A stretch of DNA of 63,594 nucleotides, counting the filler, from Basidiobolus ranarum (taxonomy: Eukaryota): the NCBI GenBank assembly GCA_040143965.1. It is 47 parts of 47 records of this genome, joined end to end, with 100 filler letters (N's around TTAATTAATTAA, not from the genome) between each part and the next. Parts side by side here need not be neighbours in the genome. Positions count along the whole stretch, not along the records: positions 47,489 to 48,740 come from JASJQH010005812.1; positions 48,841 to 50,092 come from JASJQH010005813.1; positions 50,193 to 51,444 come from JASJQH010005814.1; positions 51,545 to 52,796 come from JASJQH010005815.1; positions 52,897 to 54,147 come from JASJQH010005816.1; positions 54,248 to 55,498 come from JASJQH010005817.1; positions 55,599 to 56,848 come from JASJQH010005818.1; positions 56,949 to 58,198 come from JASJQH010005819.1; 39 more parts are not named here. One strand, 5' to 3'. The position numbers and the translations under genes are program-made. Numbering within the stretch: position 1 is the stretch's first letter; every line of letters begins with the position of its first letter. The notes under the pieces are model-generated. The model was not told the origin of the DNA and did not search any database. It saw only the letters and a program-made list of their open reading frames with translations. Positions 48,631-60,996 of this stretch are shown in pieces.

Positions 48631-48840
48631 GACCAATTTTTGGTCATAATTTTGACATAAGCAATGCATCCAAAGATCCTCAAATGTTTTACATCAGGTT
48701 TAACTCCAAACCAAGCTTGATATGGTGTAGAGTTAGGCAGNNNNNNNNNNNNNNNNNNNNNNNNNNNNNNNNNNNNNNNNNNNNTTAATTAATTAANNNN
48801 NNNNNNNNNNNNNNNNNNNNNNNNNNNNNNNNNNNNNNNN

Positions 48841-49878
48841 GTGGTTACAACAGAAGATCACTTGTTCATATCTGCTCTATTTATGACTACCAACAAGGAT
48901 TCTCAGATGTGGTATATTGATTCTGGAGCTTCCCAACATTTCACAAATGAAGATCATTGGTTTGGGAATTATGAAGAAATCCCAATTAGAAAGGTTTTCA
49001 TGGGAGATGACCACACATTGGATCCTATGGGAATGGGAACAATTCAAGTCTATTTAACTGGAGCTTCTGAAGAGTAAGTGTATACTTTTAAGGATGTACT
49101 ACATGTTCCAGATATTGCCAAGAATTTAATATCTGTATCCAAGGCCACCTCAGAAAGGATAAAATTCAATTTTGATAAGTGTGGATGCACCATCACTGAT
49201 CAAAATGAGAATTATTTAACTTTGGAAGAAAAGGATCAGAACTTATACAAACTTACATCTAATCCAAGAGGTTTAGGTGTTAATATAAATTATTCCAATC
49301 ACAAAACTATTCAATTATGGCTTAAGAGATTTGGCCATATTGATTTGGATTATTTGAGTATAATGATCAAAAATTTCCTAATTTCTGGAATTCAAATTAA
49401 CCCCTTAACCAAAATGGAAATTTGTGAGGGTTGTATATATGGAAAACAAGCCAGACAACCATTCAAGAGCTCTGGTTTATTCAAATCTGTCAAAAAATTG
49501 GATCTAATTCATTCAGATTTGTGTGGACCTATTCAAAATTTATCTTCAGGTGGAAAAAGATATTTAAGCACATTTTTTGATGATTATACAAGATATACTT
49601 GGGTCAACTTTATGGAAAGAAAAGAAGCTCTCTATATCTTTAGAAACTTTAAAACACTTGTGGAGACTGAAACTGGAACTAAATTCAAGAAAATATGTAT
49701 TGATAATGGTGGAGAATATACTTCAACACTATTTAAGTACTTTTGCAAAGTTCTTGAAATTAAGCAAGAAACTACTGCCCCCTATTCACCTCAACAAAAT
49801 GGAGTTGCTGAAAGAGCTAACAGGACTATTACAGAAATGGCAAGATCTTTGATAAATGCACAAAATATATCTCATAAC
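48841..49878 (+). mobile_element. Copia protease, GAG-pre-integrase and integrase core
   Basis: WYIDSGASQH, CEGCIYGKQ, LDLIHSDLCGP, DNGGEY, YSPQQNGVAERANRT; cut by a CACTA left end at 49879. Confidence 0.95.
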
Positions 49879-50092
49879 CCCTAATAAAAATAAAATCAAT
49901 TTGATCTGGATTGGATCCACCCTCCAAAATAGCAAAACCGTCAGAGAACCATCACAATATTGTTGGCTTGCATTCTGCCAGGGATTTTGATGGTGTGATG
50001 GTGGTTTCTTGACAGTATCTCAATGGTATTCATACAGGTTAAAATATTGATCCTCAAATTTGGCATGCATTTTTCACTATCCAGCAATTTTT
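49879..50092 (+). mobile_element. CACTA-like left end (CpG-decayed copy)
   Basis: Aligns without gaps to 3883-3988. Confidence 0.78.
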
Positions 50093-50192
50093 NNNNNNNN
50101 NNNNNNNNNNNNNNNNNNNNNNNNNNNNNNNNNNNNTTAATTAATTAANNNNNNNNNNNNNNNNNNNNNNNNNNNNNNNNNNNNNNNNNNNN

Positions 50193-51444
50193 CAATTCCA
50201 GAGTCCGATATACTGGCAAAAAAGCTTAATTTCACCATGGCACCAGGTACACCAGTTAGCAGAGGGCTAAATTTGGAAGTTTATCTGAAACCTGGTGTCT
50301 CTCAACAAGCCAAAACACCAGAAAATAAAGCTCACAGCTCTCCAACCTCAACTGGTACTTTTCAAAGTGTTCAAATTAGCCCCAGAGTTAAAGATAAGCA
50401 AAAAGCCAGATATACACTGCAAAGCACCCTCAATAGTGACACTCTACAAGGACATATAAAAACTACAATAACATTCCTCAAATTTTGATTAGGGCAAACC
50501 AAATGTCAGGTTGAATATTCTTCTTCCAAAGCCACTTTTTATATAGTTGTACTGCATTTTTACCTTCACACTTTTGAAAATAATTCTTAAGAAAAACACA
50601 ATGCAAGTATGCAGAAAGTGGCTTCAGAAGAAGAACATTCAACTTGACTTCAATCTAGTGTTGACCATGTGGATATCTGGGAAGAACCTAATACAGGGTG
50701 GCACAATAGCACAGGGTATTTGCCATATAGCTGCAAGAATGTTGATTCAGCAAAATTAGCACAATGGCAGGCTTTGATGGAGATATTGATGCAAACTTGT
50801 GTTCCATATGAGTTAAACCTTGAGTATATGGAACTCTACAAATATATTCAGGAGAATATTTCAAAGAAACTAGATATTTTGAAGGTGACAAATTAGCTTG
50901 CAAGTGGTAAATGTGTAGAATTTGAGTTACATTTTTTGCCCATGCATTGAGCCATAGTTTGCTAAGATTGTTTCCAATCATGTGCAACTATTTTGCAAGA
51001 TCTTGAAATTTCATCCCTGAAACTGAAAATATTGATTAGATCAAATTGGACTTGAAAATTTTATGTCAGTAAGTAAATGGTCAACCCCAAATGTATTAAA
51101 ATTGTGATGGTTTTCCTACAATAACAATCCTCCAATTTCTGATAGGGTACTGTGTGCTAATCTGATTGAAGATGTATCAGCAAAATCAGTAAGGGATGTA
51201 ATGTGACGGGTTAAGCAGACTCCAGAGTATATTCATCTTCCAACACAGGGGTCTTTTCAATTTTCTCACATGTTTTGCATTGTTTGAGCACAATAACAGT
51301 AACAAAGTCCTGTTCATGAATATAGAGTAAGTATCTCTATAATTTGGATTAATTTGTTTGTTTAATAATCTGACAGTATTTCTAGGAAAGAAGCAAAAGA
51401 GACTTCTTGGTGAGGTAGATTGAGATATGCAGTATTATTGTTTT
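50193..51444 (+). mobile_element. CACTA-like ORF2 3' half and right end (terminus 51147), followed by transposase C-terminal fragment
   Basis: ORFs 50237 and 50669 end ...ILKVTN*; terminus TTTCTGATAGGG. Confidence 0.78.
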
Positions 51445-51544
51445 NNNNNNNNNNNNNNNNNNNNNNNNNNNNNNNNNNNNNNNNNNNNTTAATTAATTAA
51501 NNNNNNNNNNNNNNNNNNNNNNNNNNNNNNNNNNNNNNNNNNNN

Positions 51545-52796
51545 ATTACTGGCATTAATCAGACTGAGATCTGATCACGTAATACATAGGGCTTATATAG
51601 ATATTGCAAGATGGAACATAATATACTGAATAGGGAATATACTGTGGCAGGTTTGAGAGTTGGGATGTTGGGGACTACAAGGACCAATACAAAGAGAGAT
51701 GATGTAAGGATGATCAGGTGACCTTGTATGGAAGGTCTTGGTGGAAATACAAATGTGTTAGATGACATGATTGGTTAGGTTTCATGGAATGTTCCAAAGA
51801 ACATGACTTCCATATAGGGTAATCTGGATGAACTAACACTGGATTGCCAAGAAGGGATGGCACAGTAGCTATGATATCATAATCTAATAATAGAAGAGTT
51901 CTACTTGCAGTGGATCAGTATGCTAAGATCAGAATCATGACAGTAAGTGTCAGATTATGTTGCTAAAGGGGTTCAGTTGGAGCCTGAGCTTCCCATTAGG
52001 TACTATGTACTTACTCCAGAACAACATTTGAATAAAACTTACTCAGCTATATAATGGAAAATGCAATAGTAATGAGCCATTCAAAATAGGATCAAATTAT
52101 CAATCAATTGGGAGAATGCTTGTATATGTCAAGAAACCATTGTATTTTATCACAACCCCCATCAGTATCCACTTATCTAGGCATTTATTCAAATGCAAAG
52201 TCTGGAAGTATTGGATTTGTATATATTCAAGCGGATCTTGAAAGGATTTTTGCCTGAAAAGTATTGGCAACATTGGGAGTTATTTGTTGATATTGAAAAT
52301 ATATTCTTATGGCATCAACTCACATTGGTGGATCTCCGTCAGATACAGTCTCTGTCTAAAGATTTTGTGATTGGAAATGAAAAACTGTATTACAGGTGTA
52401 AAGAAGATAGACTAAATCTAAGCCAGTATTCACTACATTGCCTGCCGCATCTTTGACAATGCTTAAAGATTATAGGCCCTTGCTATAAATTCTGGGACTC
52501 TAATAGAAATTTGAGCATTATTAATCTAGGAAAACTTTCACAACTTTAATCCACTTGGGATTGACCGTTTACTTACAGTCATAAAATTATCAAGTTAGAT
52601 TTGATTTTAATCAATTTTTTCAGTTTCAGGAGTGAAATTTCAAGATCTTGCAAAATAGTTGCGCTTGATTGGCTAAAATCTCAGAGAACTATGGATCAAC
52701 ACATGTGCAAAAAATGTTACTCAAATTTTACACAATTACCACTTGAATGCTAATTTGTCACCTTCAAAATCCCTAGTCTCTTTGATATAATCTCCT
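51545..52796. mobile_element. Gypsy LTR G1 (-, to 51942), CACTA transposase core (+) and CACTA right end (from 52498)
   Basis: FLPEKYWQHWELFV...EKLYYRCKEDRL...HCLPHL...GPCYKFW. Confidence 0.8.
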
Positions 52797-53559
52797 NNNN
52801 NNNNNNNNNNNNNNNNNNNNNNNNNNNNNNNNNNNNNNNNTTAATTAATTAANNNNNNNNNNNNNNNNNNNNNNNNNNNNNNNNNNNNNNNNNNNNCAAG
52901 AACATACAAAAATATTAAAACTGGTTGTGGAGTTTTTCAAAAGTATGAGTGGAGAAATGGAGTGCAAGTATGCAGTATGTTGCTTCAGAAGGAGAACATA
53001 TAACTTTACATTCAGTCTGGTGGGCTTTGATGGAGATATTGATACAAACTTGTGTTGGATATGAGCTAAACTTTAAGTAACAAGAACCCTTCAAAATTAT
53101 TCAGAAAAAACATATTTAGAAGAATATATCATAAAAATTAGGGATTTTAAAAGGTGACAGGTTTGTGTTCTAGTGGTACATGTGTAAAATTTAGTTGGGT
53201 TTCTAGCACATATGTTTACCCATATTCTTCTGAGACTGGAACCAATCACATCCAGCTCAAGATGTTGTATCTTCACTCCTAAAACTGAAAAAATTGATTA
53301 AAATCAAATCTAACTTGACAATTTTATGATGGTAGGTACATGGTCAATTCACAATGGAATCAAGTTGCATCAGTGTTCTTACAATAACAGTCCTTCAAAT
53401 TCCAATGGTATATGCAGAGCTCTTTAATAGTTGGCAAAGTAGGCATTATGGAAGTTGATGGTCCTGATGGTAAGTTTGATGAACTTTACTTAACTATTGA
53501 TTAACTATGTAATTTGAAAATTTTAACAATTTCACTTGCACTATTGCTAGAAAGGAACA

Positions 53560-54147
53560 CATTTTTCAGTTCATTGTTGCTTTGTTGCCACTCAACTTAG
53601 TTTCTGGCATATTAGTGCCTTCCAAAGTGGATAGTGGATCACTGAACTGCTCAGCAATTAGGTCCTCTGTTCTTGCTGGTTTTTTTCCTTTTGTGCCAGC
53701 AGGCTTTGGCTTGGAAGCTGATTTTGAATTAGATTTTGAATGCTTTTTTAATGCCAATGCAATATTAAGATGGTAAACTTGATATAATGAAAATACTTAG
53801 AAAGAACTTGTGAGAAACCAAAGTTGTTAACCATCACCGGAAATATCTTGTTAGTTTCATGATGACTCATCTGTGATAACATGTCAGAGTCAGCTGATGA
53901 AATTGAACAAATATATCTGAAATACCATCCTTATGTAGTGGGTGTTTTTTTTCTACAATTACCTTCCCATGCTGCAACACAGATATTCAAAGAAGCTTTC
54001 TAATATTGTCATAGTTTCTTATGCTATTAAAGCAGGAGGCATCATGGAAAAAATAAGCACAGCCACAGTCATGGTACATAGGTACTAGCTGCACAAAGCC
54101 TGGTTAATATCAACAGTAATCCATGCACAAAATCAACTCTAGTTTTT
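53560..54147. mobile_element. CACTA-like central region: ORF2 start (-, 53757) and transposase start (+, about 53969)
   Basis: Reverse-complement homolog of 44100-44682. Confidence 0.7.
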
Positions 54148-54247
54148 NNNNNNNNNNNNNNNNNNNNNNNNNNNNNNNNNNNNNNNNNNNNTTAATTAAT
54201 TAANNNNNNNNNNNNNNNNNNNNNNNNNNNNNNNNNNNNNNNNNNNN

Positions 54248-55498
54248 TCACATATACCTAGGGTGTTCACAATCCACAAAACCCTCTGGTTGATCCATGA
54301 ATATGTCCTCTTCCAAGTCCCCATTCAAAAAAGCAGTTTTAAAATCCATTTGATGGATTTTTACTCTGTGTTTTGCTGCTACTGCTAGTGTGGTTCTGAT
54401 GGAATTAAACTTTGCTACAGGAGAAAATTTTTCATTGTAGTCCACTTCTTCCTTTTGAGAGTATTCTTTGCCACAAGTCTGGCTTTACATATTCTACAGA
54501 TCCATCATCTTACTGTTTAACATAAACACCCATTTACATCCAATTGATTTTTGGTCATCAGGTAACTTAACCAACTCCAGGTTTGGTTATCTATGAGTGA
54601 CTGATACTACTCTGCCATTGCAGCACTCCAAAACTCTGTGTTGGGACTCTCCATAGTTTCCTGTACTGATTTGGGCTCATCAGAAAAGGCTAAATTAGTC
54701 CGTGGCTCTTTTTGACTAGGTAACTGGTGCTTGAAGGGAAACATGTCTGGGAAGTAGCTGATTCAGATGAAGAAGAAGCAACTACTGAAGACGAAAGTAC
54801 AGATTCTGACACAAAAACAAAGAAGCCAACATATAAAGAAGCCAGGGCAGCCTTCAAAGAAAAAGACAGATTGGCATTTAGGGAAATATGTCTAAAACTG
54901 GAATCACAACAACTTATGCTAGGCAGAGATGCTGACTCTGCCAGGAATGCATGCAAAATCCTAATGGAACAGCATGAGCAAAAAGGGCTTGCTGACTTGA
55001 TGCTACAAATAATATTCTTAAACTCTTGTAGATGTGAGAATTCTGATATTATGACATATATAATGGTGTCAAGAAACTTGCACAACAACTGGACTTAGTG
55101 AATTATGAAGTACCAGAAATGGATAAAATTTTTACCATAATCAATGCCCTAACAAAAATAAAATCGATTGGATCCGGATCGGATCCACCCTCCAAAATAG
55201 CAAAACCGTCAGAGAACCATCACAATATTGTTGGCTTGCATTCTGCCAGGGATTTTGATGATGTGACGGCGGTTTCTTGACGGTATCTTGGCAGTATTCA
55301 TACATGTTAAAATATTGATCCTCAAATTTGGCATGCGTTATTCAATATCCAGCAATTTTAGCAAAAATATAATTTTTGAATGGCAAATTACTGGGTTTAC
55401 TGCTGTAGGAATTTGAATTAATATGCATGCCTTTATTTAGATATTTTAGGCTTTGTATTCCAGCCATAATGAGAATCAAAAAATACAAGAATCTCGTT
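54248..55498. mobile_element. Copia RT (-), Copia C3-family gag (+) and CACTA left end from 55147
   Basis: IHQMDFKTAFLNGDLEEDI; gag homologous to 39680-40100; CCCTAACAAAAATAAAATCG terminus. Confidence 0.85.
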
Positions 55499-56373
55499 NN
55501 NNNNNNNNNNNNNNNNNNNNNNNNNNNNNNNNNNNNNNNNNNTTAATTAATTAANNNNNNNNNNNNNNNNNNNNNNNNNNNNNNNNNNNNNNNNNNNNCC
55601 CGGATAATTCATCTGAATATAATTTAATTATAACAGATAAAACAAAAGGTTTCAAATCGGGGTTAATATCGGATTTTTCGACTTATATATCACAATGTAC
55701 GTACCCGAAATAAGTCACGTACACCTGATGCTTTGTTGAATAAGAAACAGACAGGTATGGCCAAGTTGAAAAAACTTCAATAGGGTTGTGTTGCTAAGCC
55801 ACCAAGAAAGTTATAGAAAGCATTAGAGGAGATTCTTATTAGTTTGAATATGATTTTTTCTCAACGTAACTCCTGGTATGGATATTAGAGTCAATAAGCA
55901 TTGGCAAATGTGTTACAAGTCAAGTCTGACGGAATTGTGGATTTTTTCGAAATTGATGTCTTTCTTTATCGTTACTAGATAATAATTGAGCTATTCACAA
56001 GCACCCTGGGTTAGATAAACAAATGAAAGAATTGATATACAAGAAACTTGATGAGGTAAGATAATGTACTGGGAAGACTATTAATTTGTAAGACTTTAAC
56101 ACCTACTTCAAAATATGAGTATAAATTTGATGCTTGACAGCCATGTACACAGAGTTAATAAGTAGGCCTATGTGTTATTTACTAACTATATGCATTCAGA
56201 GTAATCAAATTCAATAGTACTTCATGCCGGTTCGATTGGTTCGTACCATCTACACCTATCAGTATCCAAGAACTAGATATTCTATGACTCGGAGCCGTAA
56301 GTTAGAATATAAATGGTCGTTCTCTGTATTATTCACCAACATTTACTGAATAGTCAATTATGCTCCTGATTAA

Positions 56374-56842
56374 ATGTCAACTGATTATACTCCAACAGAA
56401 GTGCCATCAAGGGACCCGCCTCTTGGGTGCCTAACAGCTCAGCAATGTGTTTCACAAGGCTATACAAGTCGCCTGGAAGAGTGGTTTGTAGATATTGCAA
56501 CGTATCAAGAATCCATGAGAGCCTACATCCAGCAATACTTTGTAAATAACACAAAACTTTCAGAAGATACTATTAAAACAATTGTTGTCACTGATATCAA
56601 GAGTATTTATACACTCTTCACTGCCGTACTGGACGAGGACCTTGCAAAGATTCAAAAAGCATTGATTGTGAGAGGATTCAGTGATGTGGCTGCATCACTC
56701 ATCAATCAAAATTCCATTTCCGATTTGTCCAACAATGATTTAAAAGAGTCACCAGCTTGGGTGAAAACATCATTCAGTCAGATCTACGTAGATGAAGTTA
56801 GTCTGGTAGATCGTCTGCTTAACTCTTTGAATGCAGCAGCGG
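56374..56842 (+). CDS. Hypothetical protein, first exon
   Basis: ORF of about 156 codons, TATAAAT about 65 nt upstream, ends at a GTAAGT donor at the contig end; CpG-normal; no family recognised. Confidence 0.7.
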
Positions 56843-57099
56843 GTAAGTNNNNNNNNNNNNNNNNNNNNNNNNNNNNNNNNNNNNNNNNNNNNTTAATTAA
56901 TTAANNNNNNNNNNNNNNNNNNNNNNNNNNNNNNNNNNNNNNNNNNNNCTCACATTATTCACATATATATATAATATATGTTCCAATTTTCAGCTAAGTG
57001 ATATTTGACTAAGTAATGTTAACTAACTTATATGTGACATATGAAATAGTTAGGTGTATAAAGATAGAGATTACAAATATGATAAAGACAATAAACTTC

Positions 57100-58198
57100 A
57101 ACACAAAGCCACCAGCTACACAAAGCCAAGTGTACATCAACAGTAATAAGTGCCCAAAATCAACTTTAGTTTTGAACTCTGGGTCCACTGGCGGTGCTTT
57201 GCCTCAAAGTTTTCCTAACACTGCCAAAATTCATGATACTCTGTAGTACCACAGTTCTATGACCCAAATGATACAGGTAGAAATGCAACTTGGGTCAAAC
57301 TGGTAAGTCCAGACAACTTTGAGAACTTGCTGCTAGATGTTCACCTGGGTTATTCCATTACTGACGGTTGTATATCAGAAGTTAAAGAAGAAGACAATGG
57401 TTTTGTTACAGACTCTTTGTTATCAACAAGAATTAGTCTACTTGTAGCACTTAAAGTAAAGAAAGTAGCTTTGAACATTGAGGAGTGGAGTGCTCAATAC
57501 AATCTGAGCAACCAGGTGTGTATTAGTTTTCCTTAACAAAAATAAAATTGATTTGATCCAGGTTGGATCCACCCTTCTGGATTACAATACCATTAGAGAA
57601 CCATCACAATATTGGTGGCTTGCATTGTGCCAGGGATTTTTATGATGTGATGCTGGCTTTTTGATGGTATTTTGATGGTATTAATAAATGTTGAAATATT
57701 GATCCACACATTTGGCATATGTTTTTTAATTTCTGGCAATTTTTGAAAAAATAACTTTTGAATGGCAAATTACTGGACTTACTGCTGTAGGAATTCAAAT
57801 TAATTTGCATGCCTTTATTTAGATATTTTTGGCTTTGTATTCCAGCCATAATGCAAATCAAAAAATACAAGAATTTTGTTGTGTTTAGTCACAACATATG
57901 CACATACTTGACTAATCCAACATAACACAACAACATCAATATGCTTTGCCAGCAAACTAATGGTGGAAGAATTGCTAAACATCTGAATTCATCAACAGCA
58001 CTGACACTTGGCTAATAGCTTATTCAGGTTACTGTTCACAATGAAAATATACTCATGGATGTTGGCAAATTGCTGTAAAGAATTCAGCCAAAATATACCT
58101 AACTTGCAGTCAACAAATGTCCTGCCACAAGTAGATATATCATTGCTTGAATAGATTACCCAATGGCAAAAATAATAATAGTGCATATGTCCATCTAT
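57100..58198. mobile_element. CACTA transposase N-terminal piece (+) interrupted by a left end (57531) that runs into the transposase 3' end (-)
   Basis: 58095-58190 is the reverse complement of 13960-14050, placing the transposase 3' end next to the left terminus. Confidence 0.75.
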
Positions 58199-58666
58199 NN
58201 NNNNNNNNNNNNNNNNNNNNNNNNNNNNNNNNNNNNNNNNNNTTAATTAATTAANNNNNNNNNNNNNNNNNNNNNNNNNNNNNNNNNNNNNNNNNNNNCC
58301 AATTGATTGCTTTGTACGGTGCAAAGAGCTCATTAGATGTTATGAGGTATTGAGAGCTAAATCTATTTGCTGGGTGAGCTGAATTGGTTCCTTTGTGATA
58401 TTCATCTCACCGCTCTTTTTCAAACATTTAACATAGGTTTCATCGATTTAATAAATAAACCATTAAAATCTCTTTCCAACAGGGTTAGTAATATATGAGC
58501 AATAAAAGTGATATACTAGCTCGCAATAAACCAACCAGGAATTGATTAAGTTAAATTATCGTTCGGTGTAATAATACAACTCTTGAATAATCATGGCTAT
58601 AAAATCTTCTCTTTCGGTCTGCTCAATAGTATATTCTTCAGGATATCCTCCACTCATCTAGATATT

Positions 58667-59536
58667 ATGAAATACACCTCTGTAGTTGCTTTTGTGGCCA
58701 TACTCTCTGCTACTACCGCATTGCCAGCATACTATGCGACAAAGCCTAGCTCAAGCAAATATTGTACGGGCCTAGTAGATAAACTCAACACTCTGGGTGC
58801 TAGCTTAGATGTAGCTGTTTGCATTGGAAAGCCCGAGAAATATGGATATGTCGCCACAGATCTTGATAAGATGAGCTGTCAAGATTTAGTCACTGCAGTT
58901 ACAGCATTAGGGATTAAAGTCGATGCGGGTATTTGTACTAAAGGTGATAAGAAGTCTTCTGACTATGGAAATGGTGCTGATCAACCAGGAAAGAAAGGGA
59001 ATACAGATCCTAAAGCAAGTTCATATTCGGACAAGAGCTCTACCAGCTCAAATCAACCCGGAAAGGGTAGTAATCCAGGCGACAAAGGTAGTTCAATGGG
59101 TGATCAGACCCCAGATGGCGGTGAAAATAGTAACAAGTATACTGCTCCTGCCAAAGGCAGTAGTCCAAATAGTTATGAAAGTCCAAACAAGCATGGCGAT
59201 TCTGGTGTCACTCCCGATGGTGACAACAAAGGTAGCAAGGATAAGGATAGCTACAAAATCACGACTTCAGGCGGTGATACTGGAGGCTCTGGTAAATCAA
59301 GTAGCAATACTGGGGACTACACTAAAGGAAGCAAACTAGCCTTTCAACCTTCGTGTAATGATACTTGCAACAGTCTAAGTCTTCTTGGAGTTAAGGTTGA
59401 CGTTAGCATATGTCTCAGTGAGAAAAATGCAGGGCTTACAGCACCAGTATTGTCAGTTAATCTAGGATGTCCGACTCTAATTGCCAATGCTAAGCTACTA
59501 GGTATTGCCCATGTTGATGTGTCTCTGTGCCATTAA
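58667..59536 (+). CDS. Secreted protein with four Cys-bounded LG-x2-VD repeats and a G/S/K/D-rich linker (289 aa)
   Basis: Signal peptide MKYTSVVAFVAILSATTA/LP; complete intronless ORF. Confidence 0.88.
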   Translation: MKYTSVVAFVAILSATTALPAYYATKPSSSKYCTGLVDKLNTLGASLDVAVCIGKPEKYGYVATDLDKMSCQDLVTAVTALGIKVDAGICTKGDKKSSDYGNGADQPGKKGNTDPKASSYSDKSSTSSNQPGKGSNPGDKGSSMGDQTPDGGENSNKYTAPAKGSSPNSYESPNKHGDSGVTPDGDNKGSKDKDSYKITTSGGDTGGSGKSSSNTGDYTKGSKLAFQPSCNDTCNSLSLLGVKVDVSICLSEKNAGLTAPVLSVNLGCPTLIANAKLLGIAHVDVSLCH

Positions 59537-59647
59537 GAAGAAGTTATNNNNNNNNNNNNNNNNNNNNNNNNNNNNNNNNNNNNNNNNNNNNTTAATTAAT
59601 TAANNNNNNNNNNNNNNNNNNNNNNNNNNNNNNNNNNNNNNNNNNNN

Positions 59648-60117
59648 ACAAGAAGATCCTTAAGGCGAGACTCGATGGTGACATTACCACTGCGAGAGAC
59701 AAGCAACTCAACGCGTCTAGTTTCTTCACCATCACGGAAGAAGGAATGAGGGTGAAGCTGGCCATCAATGTTGACACGGGTCCAACGGTGCTGGATGATC
59801 TTGATGTGAACATCGTCGACATGAGAGTATCTGTTGATGAAGTGTTGGCCAATCTCATAGCCGAAGCGTTCAATGGTCTGGACATGGTTTGACTTCTTAG
59901 CAAGAACATAGATGGTATTCTTTACAGTGTCGGTTGGGACAATGGAGCTGTTGTCAGCCTCAGTGTAAGAGGTCTCAAATTTACCGTCAAGAAGCACCTG
60001 GCAAGTAAGTTCAACTACATCATGCCACTCCTTGGTATGGCGAATAACCTTGGTTACGCGGACTTTAGTCTTGCCATAGGCTTGTTTCTTTAGATAAGCA
60101 GTAGTGCTGTTAGACAT
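59648..60117 (-). CDS. Urate oxidase (uricase), N-terminal half, copy 1
   Basis: YGKTKVRV (catalytic Lys), SYTEADNSSIVPTDTVKNT (catalytic Thr), WTRVNIDGQLHPHSF; TATA upstream. Confidence 0.95.
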
Positions 60118-60668
60118 ATTTAGCTGCGAGTAGCTGAGAGTTGATGCTGATATCCGGTGGAGCATGCTAAGACCTTATATAGAACGTAGATTCAATCAGT
60201 GGTTACACCAGATCTGATTTGCAATGAAGAATAGCTGTGGGCGTGATGAAGTCTCGGCCTCGATACAACCCAAGTGGAACAGGTATTACAGAACGAATTC
60301 TCAGGGACAAGTAGTAGATTAGATTCACTAGATGGATAGCGGCACTGATTTTGTTTAATTATTGTTCAGAATTCATTTCACGCATATAAAATGCAACAGG
60401 TGACAATTTTGTGAGAGCTGCCCAAGTTCTCTGTCTAGATAAACAATCTGATCTAATCTTTCGGATGGCCCAGACCAGTTAGCAAATGTGGAGGTATTTG
60501 TGACCAAACAAAATACCTAGTAATACTTAATGTTAGTAAATCCTCCTTCTGACCATATTAAACACTGAAACTCAAGGTAAGGTATATTTGAAATTTGTAA
60601 CTATATAAAGTCATTACAGGGTGTACTGAAAGTTAGAACTCTCTACTTGACAAAGTATCTAACTAGCC

Positions 60669-60896
60669 ATGTCTTCATCTGTTGAATTAAAACGCCAGGC
60701 TTACGGTAAAGCTAAGGTCAGAGTCACTAAAGCGATCCGTCACACCACCGAGTGGAACGATATTGTCGAACTTACCTGCCAAGTTCTCCTTGAGGGTGAC
60801 TTTGAGACGGCTTACACCGAGGCTGACAACAGCATGGTAGTTCCAACTGACACAGTCAAGAACACTTGCTATGTCATTGCCAAGAAGTCTAACCAT
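60669..60896 (+). CDS. Urate oxidase (uricase), N-terminus, copy 2
   Basis: YGKAKVRV and AYTEADNSMVVPTDTVKNT; TATATAAA at about 60602. Confidence 0.93.
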
Positions 60897-60996
60897 NNNN
60901 NNNNNNNNNNNNNNNNNNNNNNNNNNNNNNNNNNNNNNNNTTAATTAATTAANNNNNNNNNNNNNNNNNNNNNNNNNNNNNNNNNNNNNNNNNNNN

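Noticed and set aside
58923-59339. Alternative-frame 138-aa ORF within the secreted protein, and antisense ORFs over the uricases and NRPS
   Set aside because: These are shadow frames of well-supported genes with no independent motifs.
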